Source: Parcubacteria group bacterium GW2011_GWC1_36_108
GTDB taxonomy: Bacteria > Patescibacteriota > Minisyncoccia > Moranbacterales > GWC2-37-73
Reading direction: 5' to 3'
Length of the DNA stretch: 64,000 nucleotides
NCBI GenBank assembly: GCA_000991245.1
Contig: LBRD01000001.1
Span: 5,467-69,466 of the forward strand
The notes beneath the pieces were generated by a model. The model made no database searches, had not been told where the DNA came from, and was given only the letters and a program-made list of their open reading frames with translations. Both the position numbers and the translations under genes were made by a program. Shown piece after piece: positions 17,525 through 28,076 of the stretch. Every line of letters starts with the position of its first letter. Within the stretch, counting starts at the first letter, position 1.

Positions 17525-18244
17525 TTACGTAATACTTTTCACATCCTTATGTCTCATTTTTATTTCGGAAAACAACTCCCCCTGCTCAACATGAATAATT
17601 CGTTGTTTTACTAATTCAAGCATTGCAAGAAATGAAACTACTACTTCAACCTTATCTTTTGCATTTGCAACGAGCTCGGCAAAGGATGTTTGCACACGCT
17701 CTCGCAGGGTATCTTGCAAATGAATAATTCTATCTTCCAGAGTTAAAACTTCTTTTACCATTTCTTCTTCCAGTTTTTCTACTATAGGAATTTCTCCAAG
17801 CACCTTGTTAAAAGCTTTTTGCAAATCGCTAGCTACAATGTTTTCCGGTGGATAAAAAACCATTCCTATCCCCAAGAATCCTTCACGCGAAAAACTTGAC
17901 TTGGGAGAATCAAAAACGAGAGCAAGTTTTGCTGAAGCGTCTTTAAATTTTTTATACTCTGCCAATTGATATTCCAAATCTTTAATCTCTTCCTCCTCTT
18001 CTTCAGTAAATTCCAACATCGGAAGCAAGGCTTTGGATTTGATCAAAATAAGTCTTGCAGCCACTGACAAAAAATCAGCCAGATGAGCAAGCGTGATGTC
18101 TTTGGCCTCAGCAATATAGGCCAGATATTGATCTGCAATTTTCGCCAAACTTACTCGAGTAATATCAAGTTTTTCCTGTTCCGTCAGTTGCAAAAGCAAA
18201 TCCAGCGGCCCTTCAAATTGTTCGAGTTTAAAATGATAAGACAT
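17525..18244 (-). CDS. scpA: Segregation/condensation protein A
   Basis: FEGPLDLLLQL, LILIKSKALLP, FLAMLELVK; start MSYHF. Confidence 0.95.
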   Translation of the reverse strand: MSYHFKLEQFEGPLDLLLQLTEQEKLDITRVSLAKIADQYLAYIAEAKDITLAHLADFLSVAARLILIKSKALLPMLEFTEEEEEEIKDLEYQLAEYKKFKDASAKLALVFDSPKSSFSREGFLGIGMVFYPPENIVASDLQKAFNKVLGEIPIVEKLEEEMVKEVLTLEDRIIHLQDTLRERVQTSFAELVANAKDKVEVVVSFLAMLELVKQRIIHVEQGELFSEIKMRHKDVKSIT

Positions 18245-18283
18245 AATAATTTCAATAATCAATAACAACAATACAAAAACAAA

Positions 18284-19501
18284 CTATCCGCGCAGATATT
18301 TTTTCTCTGAATCAATTTCTTCTTCACTTTTGTTATCCACTAAAGTAAAGGCAGGATATAGTGCAAGCAAAATGATCAGCGTGAGGAAAATAAACATTGC
18401 TTTGACGGGAAAAACAACCAACAGCATTGCAGAAATGGCTGTTGCTGCAATATAAGCAACACTTCGAGAGGTTCTGAAAAAACTTATGATATCCATATCA
18501 TCGCCATCAATTCTTTTGTAAAAATAGGAGTCGCGCAATGTTTCTATCATCGCCGCACCAATTCTTGTCATAAAAAGTACCATTCCCCAAATGAAAACTG
18601 ATGTGCTTGTCACGAAAAAAATACTCAGCGTTGAAATAGCCATCACAAACAAGGCGAAAATTATCATTTCTTTTTCTCCAAGTTTTTTATCCGCAAGCAC
18701 TCCCACGGGATAGTTAATCAAAATGAAAGGTATGAGCATTATGGTAAAAATAACTCCAATTTGACTCCAAGACATTCCCAAGTCAAGCAGATACAAAGGT
18801 GTATACACGGTCATCAAGGCATAAAAAAACTCAAGCACAAATGACACCCAATATATACGCATCAAATTTTTGTTCACGAATATTTTTTTTACCAAATCCC
18901 GAATGGTTATATTCCCATTAAACTTGTTGTTTCCACCGCGCAAGCCAACAAGACCAATAACAAAAATTACCATACTGATAAGCATCGACAAAAAGAAAAG
19001 CCCGGAATAATCATACACTTCCAAAATGTGGGTAGAAAGAATAGGTCCAAGCATAAACCCAGCACTAATAATCATCAAATGAAGTCCTCGTATTCTGCCT
19101 GATTTCCTGTCTTCAGAATACGATTCCATAATGATGTCCAACACCACATACATCAAATATGCCGTGATGATGTTTATCATCAACAAAAATATTCCAAACA
19201 TAGACGGCGGAACCATAATGAGCACCGCCATAGCAAAAATTTGCAAAAAGAAAAGCAGGAAAAAAGTTGTTGATTTTCCCAAATGCTTGATGAATTTATG
19301 CATATTCAAAAGACCAAGCAGTGACACGACATATGCCAAGAAATAAAAAACACTCACATTTTCACTGCCCAAAGACAATTTGAAATACGAAGATTCGACA
19401 TAAACAAGAAGCGACTGAGAAAAACCCAATAAAAAAGAAACAAACGTTATCAACTTTAATTTACCATCATTAAGCTTTTCCTTGTGTTTTTTGTTTGCCA
19501 T
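18284..19501 (-). CDS. MFS transporter
   Basis: About 12 TM segments; GVLADKKLGEK loop motif; start MANKK. Confidence 0.85.
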   Translation of the reverse strand: MANKKHKEKLNDGKLKLITFVSFLLGFSQSLLVYVESSYFKLSLGSENVSVFYFLAYVVSLLGLLNMHKFIKHLGKSTTFFLLFFLQIFAMAVLIMVPPSMFGIFLLMINIITAYLMYVVLDIIMESYSEDRKSGRIRGLHLMIISAGFMLGPILSTHILEVYDYSGLFFLSMLISMVIFVIGLVGLRGGNNKFNGNITIRDLVKKIFVNKNLMRIYWVSFVLEFFYALMTVYTPLYLLDLGMSWSQIGVIFTIMLIPFILINYPVGVLADKKLGEKEMIIFALFVMAISTLSIFFVTSTSVFIWGMVLFMTRIGAAMIETLRDSYFYKRIDGDDMDIISFFRTSRSVAYIAATAISAMLLVVFPVKAMFIFLTLIILLALYPAFTLVDNKSEEEIDSEKKYLRG

Positions 19502-19510
19502 TATTTCTCG

Positions 19511-19547
19511 CCCCGTTAAATTCACTTCTGACGAGAATTTAACGGGG
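19511..19547. repeat. CCCCGTTAAAT palindromic repeat, copy 2
   Basis: ccccgttaaat...atttaacgggg. Confidence 0.85.
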
Positions 19548-19582
19548 ATAAATATTTTGTTTTTTGTTTAATGAAGAATGAT

Positions 19583-20998
19583 TTATACTACTTTTTTCTT
19601 TTTTGTGACAATTTTGATGCCAGCTTCAGTAAGTTGTTTTTCATCCAAAACACTTGGGGCTTCCATCATTGGATCCTCAGCTTCTCCTGTTTTGGCAAAA
19701 GCAATAACTTCTCGAATATTTGGTTCGTTTTGAAGAATCATTACCAATCTATCAACACCAGGTGCAATTCCTCCGTGTGGAGGAGCTCCATATTTAAACG
19801 CTTCAAGCATATGGCCATAATCTCTTTGCACGTTTTCTTCAGAAATTCCCATAATTTCCAAAACCTTACGAAGCGCTTTCGGTTCATGATTTCTAATGCT
19901 TCCACCACCTGCTTCATATCCGTTAAGAACAACATCATATTGGGTTGTCAAGATATCGGCAATATTTTTCTTGTTCATAAGATCATCCATAAACTCAGGC
20001 TTCGGACGAGAAAATGGATTGTGTGTAAATGTCCAACCAGTAGAAGATTCCTCATCTTTTTCAAAAAATGGAAAGTCTACTACCCAACAAAAAGCCAACA
20101 AATTTGGATCATTTTTATCTTCTCTAATATCCGGTTTGTCGTTGCCATATTTTTCCATTGATTCTTTGTATGAAAAACGTGGGAAAGGAATTTCTTGAAT
20201 TCTTTTTTCTGGAAATTGAGTTTGCACAAGTTCAATAAGCATCTTTTCAACAATATTCATCACATCCTCTTGCTCAACAAAACTCATCTCCATATCCAAC
20301 TGCGTAAATTCAGGTTGTCTGTCTCCACGAGTGTCCTCGTCGCGGAAGCATCTGGCAATTTGAAAATATTTTTCAATTCCAGCAACCATCAACAATTGCT
20401 TATATTGTTGTGGCGATTGAGGCAAGGCATAAAACTTTCCTTTATAAATTCGAGATGGCACAACATAATCTCTTGATCCTTCCGCTGTAGTTTTTCCAAG
20501 AATTGGAGTTTCAACCTCAATAAAACCTTGGCTATCAAGAAAATCCCTGAAGAATTTCACAACCTTATACCTAGTCAAAATATTATTTTTCATTCTTTCT
20601 GATCTAAGATCCAAATAGCGATATTTCAATCTAAGTTTTTCATCAACATCCTTGGTGTCCTTAGTAATCTCAAATGGAGCAGTTTTTGCTTCGTTAAGAA
20701 TAGTTATCGAAGCAACCTCCAATTCAACACCACCTGTTGGAGATTTTTCGTTTTTCGCGCTCATTGGACGCTCTTTCACAACGCCTTCCATTTCAATCAC
20801 AAAATCACTGCGAAGTCTCTTAGCATTATCATGCGCTTCGATATGATCAGGAATGACAACAGTCTGAATAATCCCGCTGCGGTCACGCAAATCAATAAAG
20901 ATCAACTTACCATGATCACGACGAATATGAACCCAGCCCTGAAGCTTGACGGTTTTTCCAATAAATTTAGGAGTGTCGACAATGTTTGTTCTTTGCAT
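19583..20998 (-). CDS. aspS: Aspartate-tRNA ligase (short form)
   Basis: RRDHG, LRLKYRYLDLR, LPQSPQQYKQ, CFRDED, GAPPHGG motifs. Confidence 0.96.
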   Translation of the reverse strand: MQRTNIVDTPKFIGKTVKLQGWVHIRRDHGKLIFIDLRDRSGIIQTVVIPDHIEAHDNAKRLRSDFVIEMEGVVKERPMSAKNEKSPTGGVELEVASITILNEAKTAPFEITKDTKDVDEKLRLKYRYLDLRSERMKNNILTRYKVVKFFRDFLDSQGFIEVETPILGKTTAEGSRDYVVPSRIYKGKFYALPQSPQQYKQLLMVAGIEKYFQIARCFRDEDTRGDRQPEFTQLDMEMSFVEQEDVMNIVEKMLIELVQTQFPEKRIQEIPFPRFSYKESMEKYGNDKPDIREDKNDPNLLAFCWVVDFPFFEKDEESSTGWTFTHNPFSRPKPEFMDDLMNKKNIADILTTQYDVVLNGYEAGGGSIRNHEPKALRKVLEIMGISEENVQRDYGHMLEAFKYGAPPHGGIAPGVDRLVMILQNEPNIREVIAFAKTGEAEDPMMEAPSVLDEKQLTEAGIKIVTKKKKVV

Positions 20999-21000
20999 TT

Positions 21001-21144
21001 ACCCGGTTAAATAAGATTTGGGTCTACCAACCTAGTAGCACCAACCTATTTCTAGATTAAATTCATCTTTATTAAAATATCCACCCATTATACCCAAATC
21101 TTAATTTTAAATTTTTTAAGAAATTTAAAATTATTTAACTGGGT
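21001..21144. repeat. CCCCGTTAAAT palindromic repeat, long nested copy 3
   Basis: acccggttaaat...atttaactgggt enclosing taagatttgggt/acccaaatctta inverted repeats and an AT hairpin. Confidence 0.75.
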
Positions 21145-21160
21145 GAATTTTAAAATTAAT

Positions 21161-21958
21161 TTAACTCAACAGTTCTGTTACTCGCCGGGCAAGATCACTG
21201 GGGACTAGGCGTGTTTTTTCATAAAAATCAGTCACTCCCATATCTCGCACCGGCTGGATATCCCCTTCGATTAGTGATGCTGAAATCACAATTATAGGAA
21301 TATTTTTGGTTTTGTCATCCAATTTAAGACGCTTGATAATTTCCTCTCCACCCATTGCAGGCATAACCATATCAGTGATAATCAAATCGTATTGGTTTTC
21401 AGTTGCAAGCTTGCTGCCCCAAGCACCATTTTTTGCATATTCAAGACAAAACCCTTCGTTTTCCAATTTTTTTCCAAACATTTCCAAAAAGATTTCTTCG
21501 TCCTCAATAAAAAGAATTTTCTTTCCAACACAAGCATCGTCTTCTTTTTTGCTAGACAAACGCTGTTTGTTTTTTTTCTGCTCTCCATATTCATTCAAAA
21601 GTCTTTGCACTTCAACCACAAGCTCAGAAGGACTAAACTGCGTCTTGCCTATAAAATCATTGGCACCATTCTCCATTGCTTCCTTTTCATTTTCAGTCTT
21701 ATTAAGATTGCTCAAAATGATTATTTTCAAATCGCTGTCATATTGCGTGTTGCTGCGAAGTTCCTTCAGCACATCCATTCCACTCATTTCAGGCAAAACC
21801 ATATCCAAAAGAATAAGGTCAAATTTATCTTCCAAGGCAAATTTTAAAACTTCTTTTCCTGTCACCGCGTTGACAACGTCAAAGCCAGCCGATTCGAATT
21901 TTTTTTGATATATTTCAGCAATCATTGGGTCATCCTCCACCAACATTATCTTAGCCAT
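21161..21958 (-). CDS. Response regulator with two receiver domains and no output domain
   Basis: Two REC domains (LVEDD/LLDMVLP and FIEDE/ITDMVMP); start MAKIM. Confidence 0.9.
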   Translation of the reverse strand: MAKIMLVEDDPMIAEIYQKKFESAGFDVVNAVTGKEVLKFALEDKFDLILLDMVLPEMSGMDVLKELRSNTQYDSDLKIIILSNLNKTENEKEAMENGANDFIGKTQFSPSELVVEVQRLLNEYGEQKKNKQRLSSKKEDDACVGKKILFIEDEEIFLEMFGKKLENEGFCLEYAKNGAWGSKLATENQYDLIITDMVMPAMGGEEIIKRLKLDDKTKNIPIIVISASLIEGDIQPVRDMGVTDFYEKTRLVPSDLARRVTELLS

Positions 21959-22114
21959 AAATTGAGCTTTTTTGTTATTTTTACTATTTTTTAATATTTG
22001 AAGTATAACCAATTCAAAGGTAAAAAGCAACCCAATCATGGATCACTAAACATAGAACATGGAGCAAAAAACAAGGGATCTCCACAAAAAAATTAACTAC
22101 GTTTATGTTTCATG

Positions 22115-22993
22115 CTACGTGTTCCATGTTTCAAGTTTTGCAATCACATCATCAATAATCCATTTTGGGGTGCTTGCTCCGGCGGTTACTGCCACTTTTT
22201 TGCAATTAGCAAACCATTTATTTTCAATCTCTGAAGCTCGCTGAACAAAATATGATGACTCATTGACGCGCTTGGCGATTTCCCAAAGACGCTTTGAATT
22301 TGCACTTTCTGGCGATCCGATAACAATAACAACATCGTTTTCTTGCGCCAATTGTTTTATTTCTGTTTGACGATGATGCGTGGTCAAACAAATAGAATCA
22401 ACAACTTCTGCTTTTGGATATTTTTGTGAAATTTGAGCGGCAGCTCTGTCAACAAATTCTTGATCTTGCGTGGTTTGCGAAATTACAGCAATTTTTTTGG
22501 CAGGATCAACATCAAAGCCGCACAAATCCTCATCCGTTTCAATAAAAATAGCTTTCTTGTTTGCCCATTCAAAAATACCCTTCACTTCCTTATGATTTTT
22601 TTCGCCAATAATCACAACCTGCACATCTCTGTCAAAAAATGCCTTCGCCAGCCTTTGCACCTTGACCACACGCGGACAAGTTGTGTCCACCAAATCAACT
22701 TCATATTTTTTGGCAAGCTCATAAATCTGTGGTCCAATGCCGTGAGCTGTGATTACCAAGGTTCCGACTTCATTTTTAATTTTTTCAAAAAAATCTTCCA
22801 GCGGACCCTCAACGTGCACCTTTTGAATTCCCATTTTTTCAATTTTTTCCACCACGTCCTCATTATGAACAAGCGAGCCCAACACAAAAATAGGCCTCTT
22901 TACTTTTGGGTCCTTGGCGATTTTTTCCACAATGTCATATGCCCGCTCCACTCCCTCGCAAAAACCAGCATATTGACTGAGTGTAATTTCCAT
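22115..22993 (-). CDS. ispH: 4-hydroxy-3-methylbut-2-enyl diphosphate reductase
   Basis: GFCEGV, VHN, AHG, DTTCPRV, SQTT, ICLTT, SANS, TAGASTP motifs. Confidence 0.95.
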   Translation of the reverse strand: MEITLSQYAGFCEGVERAYDIVEKIAKDPKVKRPIFVLGSLVHNEDVVEKIEKMGIQKVHVEGPLEDFFEKIKNEVGTLVITAHGIGPQIYELAKKYEVDLVDTTCPRVVKVQRLAKAFFDRDVQVVIIGEKNHKEVKGIFEWANKKAIFIETDEDLCGFDVDPAKKIAVISQTTQDQEFVDRAAAQISQKYPKAEVVDSICLTTHHRQTEIKQLAQENDVVIVIGSPESANSKRLWEIAKRVNESSYFVQRASEIENKWFANCKKVAVTAGASTPKWIIDDVIAKLETWNT

Positions 22994-23097
22994 ATCCCTA
23001 CAAAATTACAAAATTATACAAAAATACAAAAAGTTGATAATCCTTTTTATCATAAAAAATCCCCCACCACAAGAGCAAGGGATTTTTAAGATCTAAT

Positions 23098-24339
23098 CTA
23101 TTTTTTAAGCAAATTTAACAATTCATCAACCGTCATAATTTTGCTTTCACTTTCATTTCTTTTTTTAACTTCAATCCCGCCAGCAGCCAAAGATTTTTTG
23201 CTAATCACTGCGCGATACGGAATTCCAATCAGGTCAGAGTCTGCAAATTTTTGTCCAGCTTGAGCATCGCGATCATCAAACAAAACTTCAACGCCATTTT
23301 TCAAGAGCTGAGCATAAATTTTTTCTGCCTCGTCGTTCTCACCTAAACTCAAAAGATGCAAAGAAAATGGCGCAATATTTTCCGGCCATATTAAACCTTT
23401 ATCATCAGCAAACAATTCTGCAATCACTCCCATCAAACGACTAACACCAATACCATAACATCCCATAATAATTGATTGCTTCTCACCTTTTTCATCACTA
23501 TAAAATAATTCAAGAGCATCGGTATATTTACTTTCCAAATGAAAAGTATTACCAACTTCAACACCTTTTTTCTCTACCAAATCTTCGCGCTTCAGCCCAA
23601 GCTTTTCAAGATTTTCATCTGTAAATATTTCATCATTAATTGCAATTCGCTTTTTCTCATCAACATATATTTTATCTTCACCGACTTCACTCAATGTTTG
23701 AAACTCATCGCTAAAGCGTGGAGTGAAAATTCCACCATCCGCATAAGTTCGATAGGTTATTTGACCCAATCCAAGTCGATCATAAACTTTATAATATGCT
23801 GCAACTATTTTCTCATATTCTTCTTCATGCTGCTTTTGATCGCGAGAGAAGGTATACATATCTTTCATCAAAAATTCACGACCACGCAAAAGACCACTTT
23901 TGGCACGCTTTTCATTTCTGAATTTATTTTGAATTTGATACACAGCAAAAGGCATATCTTTATATGATCCCAGATAGTTACTAATAGCGTCCACAATTGG
24001 TTCTTCATGAGTCAGCCCAACTCCGAGCTCTGTCCCATTTACAAGCTTGGTTTTAAACCAATTATCAACCTTAGCATCATCCCAACGATCAGTTTTTTCC
24101 CAAATTTCCTTAGGCTGAAGTGTTGTCATCATAAGCTCTTGTCCACCAACACCATTCATTTCTTCGCGAACAATTTTTTTAATATTTTCAAGAACCCTAA
24201 GACCAAGTGGCATATACGCATATACGCCAGCCATTTCCTTATGAATAAAGCCAGCCCGAATCAACAGCTGCGCATTCTTTGCAACTTCATCAGATGGCGC
24301 CTCTTTTTTAGTTTTAGTGAAAAGTTGTGATTGTTTCAT
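23098..24339 (-). CDS. proS: Proline-tRNA ligase (no editing insertion)
   Basis: LLIRAGFI, THEE, KFRNEKR, REFLMKDMY, MGCYGIGVSR motifs. Confidence 0.96.
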   Translation of the reverse strand: MKQSQLFTKTKKEAPSDEVAKNAQLLIRAGFIHKEMAGVYAYMPLGLRVLENIKKIVREEMNGVGGQELMMTTLQPKEIWEKTDRWDDAKVDNWFKTKLVNGTELGVGLTHEEPIVDAISNYLGSYKDMPFAVYQIQNKFRNEKRAKSGLLRGREFLMKDMYTFSRDQKQHEEEYEKIVAAYYKVYDRLGLGQITYRTYADGGIFTPRFSDEFQTLSEVGEDKIYVDEKKRIAINDEIFTDENLEKLGLKREDLVEKKGVEVGNTFHLESKYTDALELFYSDEKGEKQSIIMGCYGIGVSRLMGVIAELFADDKGLIWPENIAPFSLHLLSLGENDEAEKIYAQLLKNGVEVLFDDRDAQAGQKFADSDLIGIPYRAVISKKSLAAGGIEVKKRNESESKIMTVDELLNLLKK

Positions 24340-24455
24340 ATGGGTCAGTTATAAAGTTCATAAAGTTATAAGGCTCATAAAACTATTGTATCAAATTTTT
24401 GCCTTATTGCAAGCAAAAACAGCCTCATTAAAAGACTGTTTATTAATTAAGATAT

Positions 24456-24977
24456 TCATTTAACCTTGGCATACATATGACAGTCTATGTATTTTCCATC
24501 TTTAATTGTATATTTCTTATGGATTCCCTCAAATTGCATACCAACTTTTTTCATAACATTCATTGATTTAACATTGTCAGCATGAGCAAAAGCACAAATG
24601 CGACGAAGCCTAAACTCGGAAAAAATATGAGTCATAAATTTTTTCACTGCTTCAGGCATAATTCCTTTTCCCCAGTGTTTTTCAGCCAACCAATAACCAA
24701 TTTCCGCCTTATGCCCGTGCACAATTTTATGTGCACCAACAGCGCCCACAACCTCTCCGTCAATTTCAATCATCATAACATAATCTTCGGGCTTTTCTTT
24801 TTTCATTTCCTTCTCCTTTCTTCCAGCAAATTGCTTTGCGTGTTTGAGTTCATACGGAAAAGGCAATTGCGATAGATTCTTAATAACATTCCAATTATTA
24901 ATATTCCTTGCAATATCTTTTGCATCCTTCAAAACCATTGGTCTTAAAATAAATCTTTTAGTTTTAATAATTTTCAT
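24456..24977 (-). CDS. RimJ/RimL-type GNAT acetyltransferase
   Basis: EIGYWLAEKHWGKG, N..S..VMKKVGM. Confidence 0.9.
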   Translation of the reverse strand: MKIIKTKRFILRPMVLKDAKDIARNINNWNVIKNLSQLPFPYELKHAKQFAGRKEKEMKKEKPEDYVMMIEIDGEVVGAVGAHKIVHGHKAEIGYWLAEKHWGKGIMPEAVKKFMTHIFSEFRLRRICAFAHADNVKSMNVMKKVGMQFEGIHKKYTIKDGKYIDCHMYAKVK

Positions 24978-24991
24978 ACATGTTATATGTT

Positions 24992-26674
24992 TTATGATAT
25001 ATGCTCCACTGGGATTTCAATAATAAATCTCGAACCCTTGCCGGCGCCGTCGGATTCAACCCAAACTTGACCGTGGTGTGTTTCAGCAATGGCTTTACCG
25101 ACATATAGCCCCAAGCCGGTGCCACCAACGTGCAGACGTGACACATCCTTGCCACGAGAAAACTTTTTGAAAAGATATGGGATTTCCTCTTTTGGAATGC
25201 CGATGCCAGTATCGGAAACCGTGATTCGAATCACTTTTCCAAATTCAGATTTTTTTCCAACAACAAACCCATTCTCATCAACCACAACCCCTTCTTCTCT
25301 GAGCTCAGCCTTGACCGTTGCTCCTCCTTTTTCAGTATATTTAAGCGCATTATCAATAAAATTGGAAACCAATTCTCGAATTTTGGAATAATCCATCACA
25401 ATCTCCGGCAAAGGATTTTCAGGTAATTTAATGTCCAAATAAAACTTTTTGTTTTTAGCGATTAAAATAAAATTGTCATAAAGTTCCTTGATCAGTTTTT
25501 CAACACTAGCTTTTTCAAAAGTAAATTGCATTCTGCCAGATTCGATGCGCGAAACATTCAAAAGATCCTCAACCAAATCTACCAAACGCTCTGCCGAAGA
25601 ATACACTTTTTCCAGCGCACTATGCACACTCTCACTCACTTCCCCATATGATCCTTCCAACAAAAGTGAAGAGAAACCCTTAATTGCTGTGATTGGTGTG
25701 CGCAATTGATGCGAAGCAATCGAAATAAACTCCGTCTTTGCATTGTCCAATGTCCTAAGCTGATCATTCGCTTGCGCCAACCTTGTTGCCATTTCTTGAA
25801 GTTCTTCTTTACGCTCAATTTCAACCTCAACACTCCTAACCAATTTATATGCAAAAAAAGTAAGCGCCACAAATATTAAACCTTGTGATATAAATTCTGA
25901 AATACCCTTCGCCGTAAACAACTGCACCAAACTCAAAACAATAACACCCAAAGCAAGCAATTCAGTGTAAATTATTTTAATATTCAGCAGGCGATGTTTT
26001 ATGATTGCGTAACCACTGAATACATTCAAGAAAATTACACTATAAATGCCTAGGCGAGAATAAAATGTATAATTAACGCTATTCTTTATAAGATCAACCA
26101 AAACAACATTTATTAAAATTGCAATAAAAATAAAAATAAAAAGACCTGTAAATATATATGCTAGTTGGACTCTTTTTTCATTGACAATTTTTCGATATTT
26201 TATTGCCGCAATAATAGAGCCAGCCAATAAAAAAACTACTAAAAATATCTCATAAATTATTTCCAAGCTACCAAGTATAGGGTTCAGTCCTCCTGGCAAT
26301 ATCTCAAAACCTTTAACTATCAAATCCGTAAAAAATATCATCCAAAATAGTAACATCGATGGCAAATATAAGGCTACCTTAATTATCTTGTTTGATAATA
26401 TTTTCAATTCAACCAATTCACCTATAAATAGAAAAAAATAAAAAACAATAAGGCATCCAAAAAAATAATCCGATCTCAATAGAACATTTAGCCATTGTTG
26501 ATTTCTTATAACATCTTCAAAATAGAAGGAAGCAATCCAAACAAAAACACTAGACGATAAATAAAAAAAATTTCTATTTACCCTATTTCTAGTATCCTTC
26601 AATAAAACAAACAGACCCATAAAAATTGAAACGAGAGAAACAAGTACAAAAAAAATGAAATCATTTCCGAACAT
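24992..26674 (-). CDS. Membrane sensor histidine kinase (multi-TM sensor, HisKA, HATPase)
   Basis: ASHQLRTP H-box, NFIDNALKY, DTGIG, GTGLGL; about 8-9 N-terminal TM segments. Confidence 0.94.
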   Translation of the reverse strand: MFGNDFIFFVLVSLVSIFMGLFVLLKDTRNRVNRNFFYLSSSVFVWIASFYFEDVIRNQQWLNVLLRSDYFFGCLIVFYFFLFIGELVELKILSNKIIKVALYLPSMLLFWMIFFTDLIVKGFEILPGGLNPILGSLEIIYEIFLVVFLLAGSIIAAIKYRKIVNEKRVQLAYIFTGLFIFIFIAILINVVLVDLIKNSVNYTFYSRLGIYSVIFLNVFSGYAIIKHRLLNIKIIYTELLALGVIVLSLVQLFTAKGISEFISQGLIFVALTFFAYKLVRSVEVEIERKEELQEMATRLAQANDQLRTLDNAKTEFISIASHQLRTPITAIKGFSSLLLEGSYGEVSESVHSALEKVYSSAERLVDLVEDLLNVSRIESGRMQFTFEKASVEKLIKELYDNFILIAKNKKFYLDIKLPENPLPEIVMDYSKIRELVSNFIDNALKYTEKGGATVKAELREEGVVVDENGFVVGKKSEFGKVIRITVSDTGIGIPKEEIPYLFKKFSRGKDVSRLHVGGTGLGLYVGKAIAETHHGQVWVESDGAGKGSRFIIEIPVEHIS

Positions 26675-27161
26675 ATTTTTTTTCTATATTTTTAATATGA
26701 CTTTTATACAATTTAATTAATGAGCTTAAATTTATATGCAAATCAGACACATTAGTCCATCCCTTTTTTACACCAGGACACGAATTATCAATATTTAAAC
26801 CAGAAAATAAATCAATGTAAAACGGATAAGATCTACACACAGATGGTCGCTTTTCATATTTTGAACACATCCCATTTTTCAAAAGTACACAAGTATGATC
26901 TTTATATAGATTCATATATGATTTGCCCTTATCTGCATTGGACTTTATACAATCTTTGCAATCATTTTTTAATTTTTTTATCTCATTTGGCAAAACTTCT
27001 ATCTCATATCGTTCTTGTCCCTCAATTGATACGAAATTTGGAAGCGGATCTTCGAATGCTCCACAACAATTTTTAGCACATTTATCACGCAAGCATATCC
27101 AGTTTATCTGTAAATCACCCTTTTTGTTTTTCCTAACTAATTTCATATAAAATTCATTCAA
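26661..27161 (-). CDS. YkgJ-family (CxxCxxCC) cysteine-cluster protein
   Basis: CLRDKCAKNCC...CVLL...CSKYEKRPSVCRSYPF...CPG; overlaps the kinase start. Confidence 0.85.
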   Translation of the reverse strand: MNEFYMKLVRKNKKGDLQINWICLRDKCAKNCCGAFEDPLPNFVSIEGQERYEIEVLPNEIKKLKNDCKDCIKSNADKGKSYMNLYKDHTCVLLKNGMCSKYEKRPSVCRSYPFYIDLFSGLNIDNSCPGVKKGWTNVSDLHINLSSLIKLYKSHIKNIEKKYVRK

Positions 27162-27212
27162 GGCAAACTTATTAACAACAAAAAAATAAGTTGATAAATA
27201 GCAGCTATATTC

Positions 27213-27241
27213 TTGACAAATGTTAATTTTTAAGCTATCGT
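27213..27241 (+). promoter_or_regulatory. Sigma70-like promoter of the GNAT gene
   Basis: TTGACA-N17-TATCGT; AGGAGG Shine-Dalgarno just before 27309. Confidence 0.55.
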
Positions 27242-27308
27242 ATATTGATACTATATTATTATATCACATTACAAATAAAATCAGAAGTTCATTTACAAGG
27301 AGGAAATC

Positions 27309-28034
27309 ATGAAGAAAAAATCCGCTATTAGAATAGCGAGCATTTCAGACCTACTGTTAGAGGGTATCCAACCTGAGGTTATCATTACGGCGTTTGTCAG
27401 TGTTAACAAGGCAGCTTGGCCACCGCCATTTCCACAAGAAATCCTATGGACTGAATACGAGGTTAGCCAACACATCAAAAATTGCCCTCGACTTCAATTT
27501 TGCGCAATTTATGAAGGTAGAATCATTGGAACAGTCAGTACAATACACATATCAGAATCGGCAGTCTTAAATTGCAAGGGGTGGGAGAGCATAAGTGGTT
27601 TTGGCACACTAAAAACCCATACAAATGATGGTGATTGCATGTTTGGAATAGATCTTTCTGTAATACCAGAATTTCAAGGAAAAGGTGTTTCCGAAAAACT
27701 AATAACAACAGCATTACTAATGGGGGCCGTACTCGCCAACAAGAAGGGATGCTTTCTGGGTTCCAGAATGCCAAGCTATCACAAAAAATCACATATTCCA
27801 GTTGAGCAATATGTATTTGGGAAAAAACTGGAAGGAAAAACAATGGATCCGGAAATAAGATTATACCAGGGAGATGGTTTTAGGATTATTAAAATAATTC
27901 CTAATTATATTAAAGATCCAGACAGTTTAAATTACGGCGCACTAATGTTTTGGGAAAATCCATTCTACAAGTACACAAGATATTTACCAATACATTGGAT
28001 AAAGCCAATGCTTAAAAAAATTATTATGAGATAA
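27309..28034 (+). CDS. YkwB-like GNAT acetyltransferase
   Basis: WPPPFPQEILW, DLSVIPEFQGKG, GSRMPSY, NYIKDPDSLNYGALMFWENPF resemble B. subtilis YkwB as recalled. Confidence 0.8.
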   Translation: MKKKSAIRIASISDLLLEGIQPEVIITAFVSVNKAAWPPPFPQEILWTEYEVSQHIKNCPRLQFCAIYEGRIIGTVSTIHISESAVLNCKGWESISGFGTLKTHTNDGDCMFGIDLSVIPEFQGKGVSEKLITTALLMGAVLANKKGCFLGSRMPSYHKKSHIPVEQYVFGKKLEGKTMDPEIRLYQGDGFRIIKIIPNYIKDPDSLNYGALMFWENPFYKYTRYLPIHWIKPMLKKIIMR

Positions 28035-28039
28035 TTAAT

Positions 28040-28076
28040 AAGGGGAAGACTAGAATCTAGTCTTCCCCTTCTTTTT
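28040..28076. terminator. Bidirectional intrinsic terminator
   Basis: aaggggaagactag-aat-ctagtcttcccctt between convergent genes. Confidence 0.8.

Noticed and set aside
19571-23967. Long antisense ORFs (19571, 21306, 22433, 23539 and similar elsewhere)
   Set aside because: They lie entirely opposite well-supported genes and have no motifs; codon-bias shadows.
20999-24455. T-box leaders for aspS or proS
   Set aside because: No GGTGGNACC antiterminator motif upstream of either gene.
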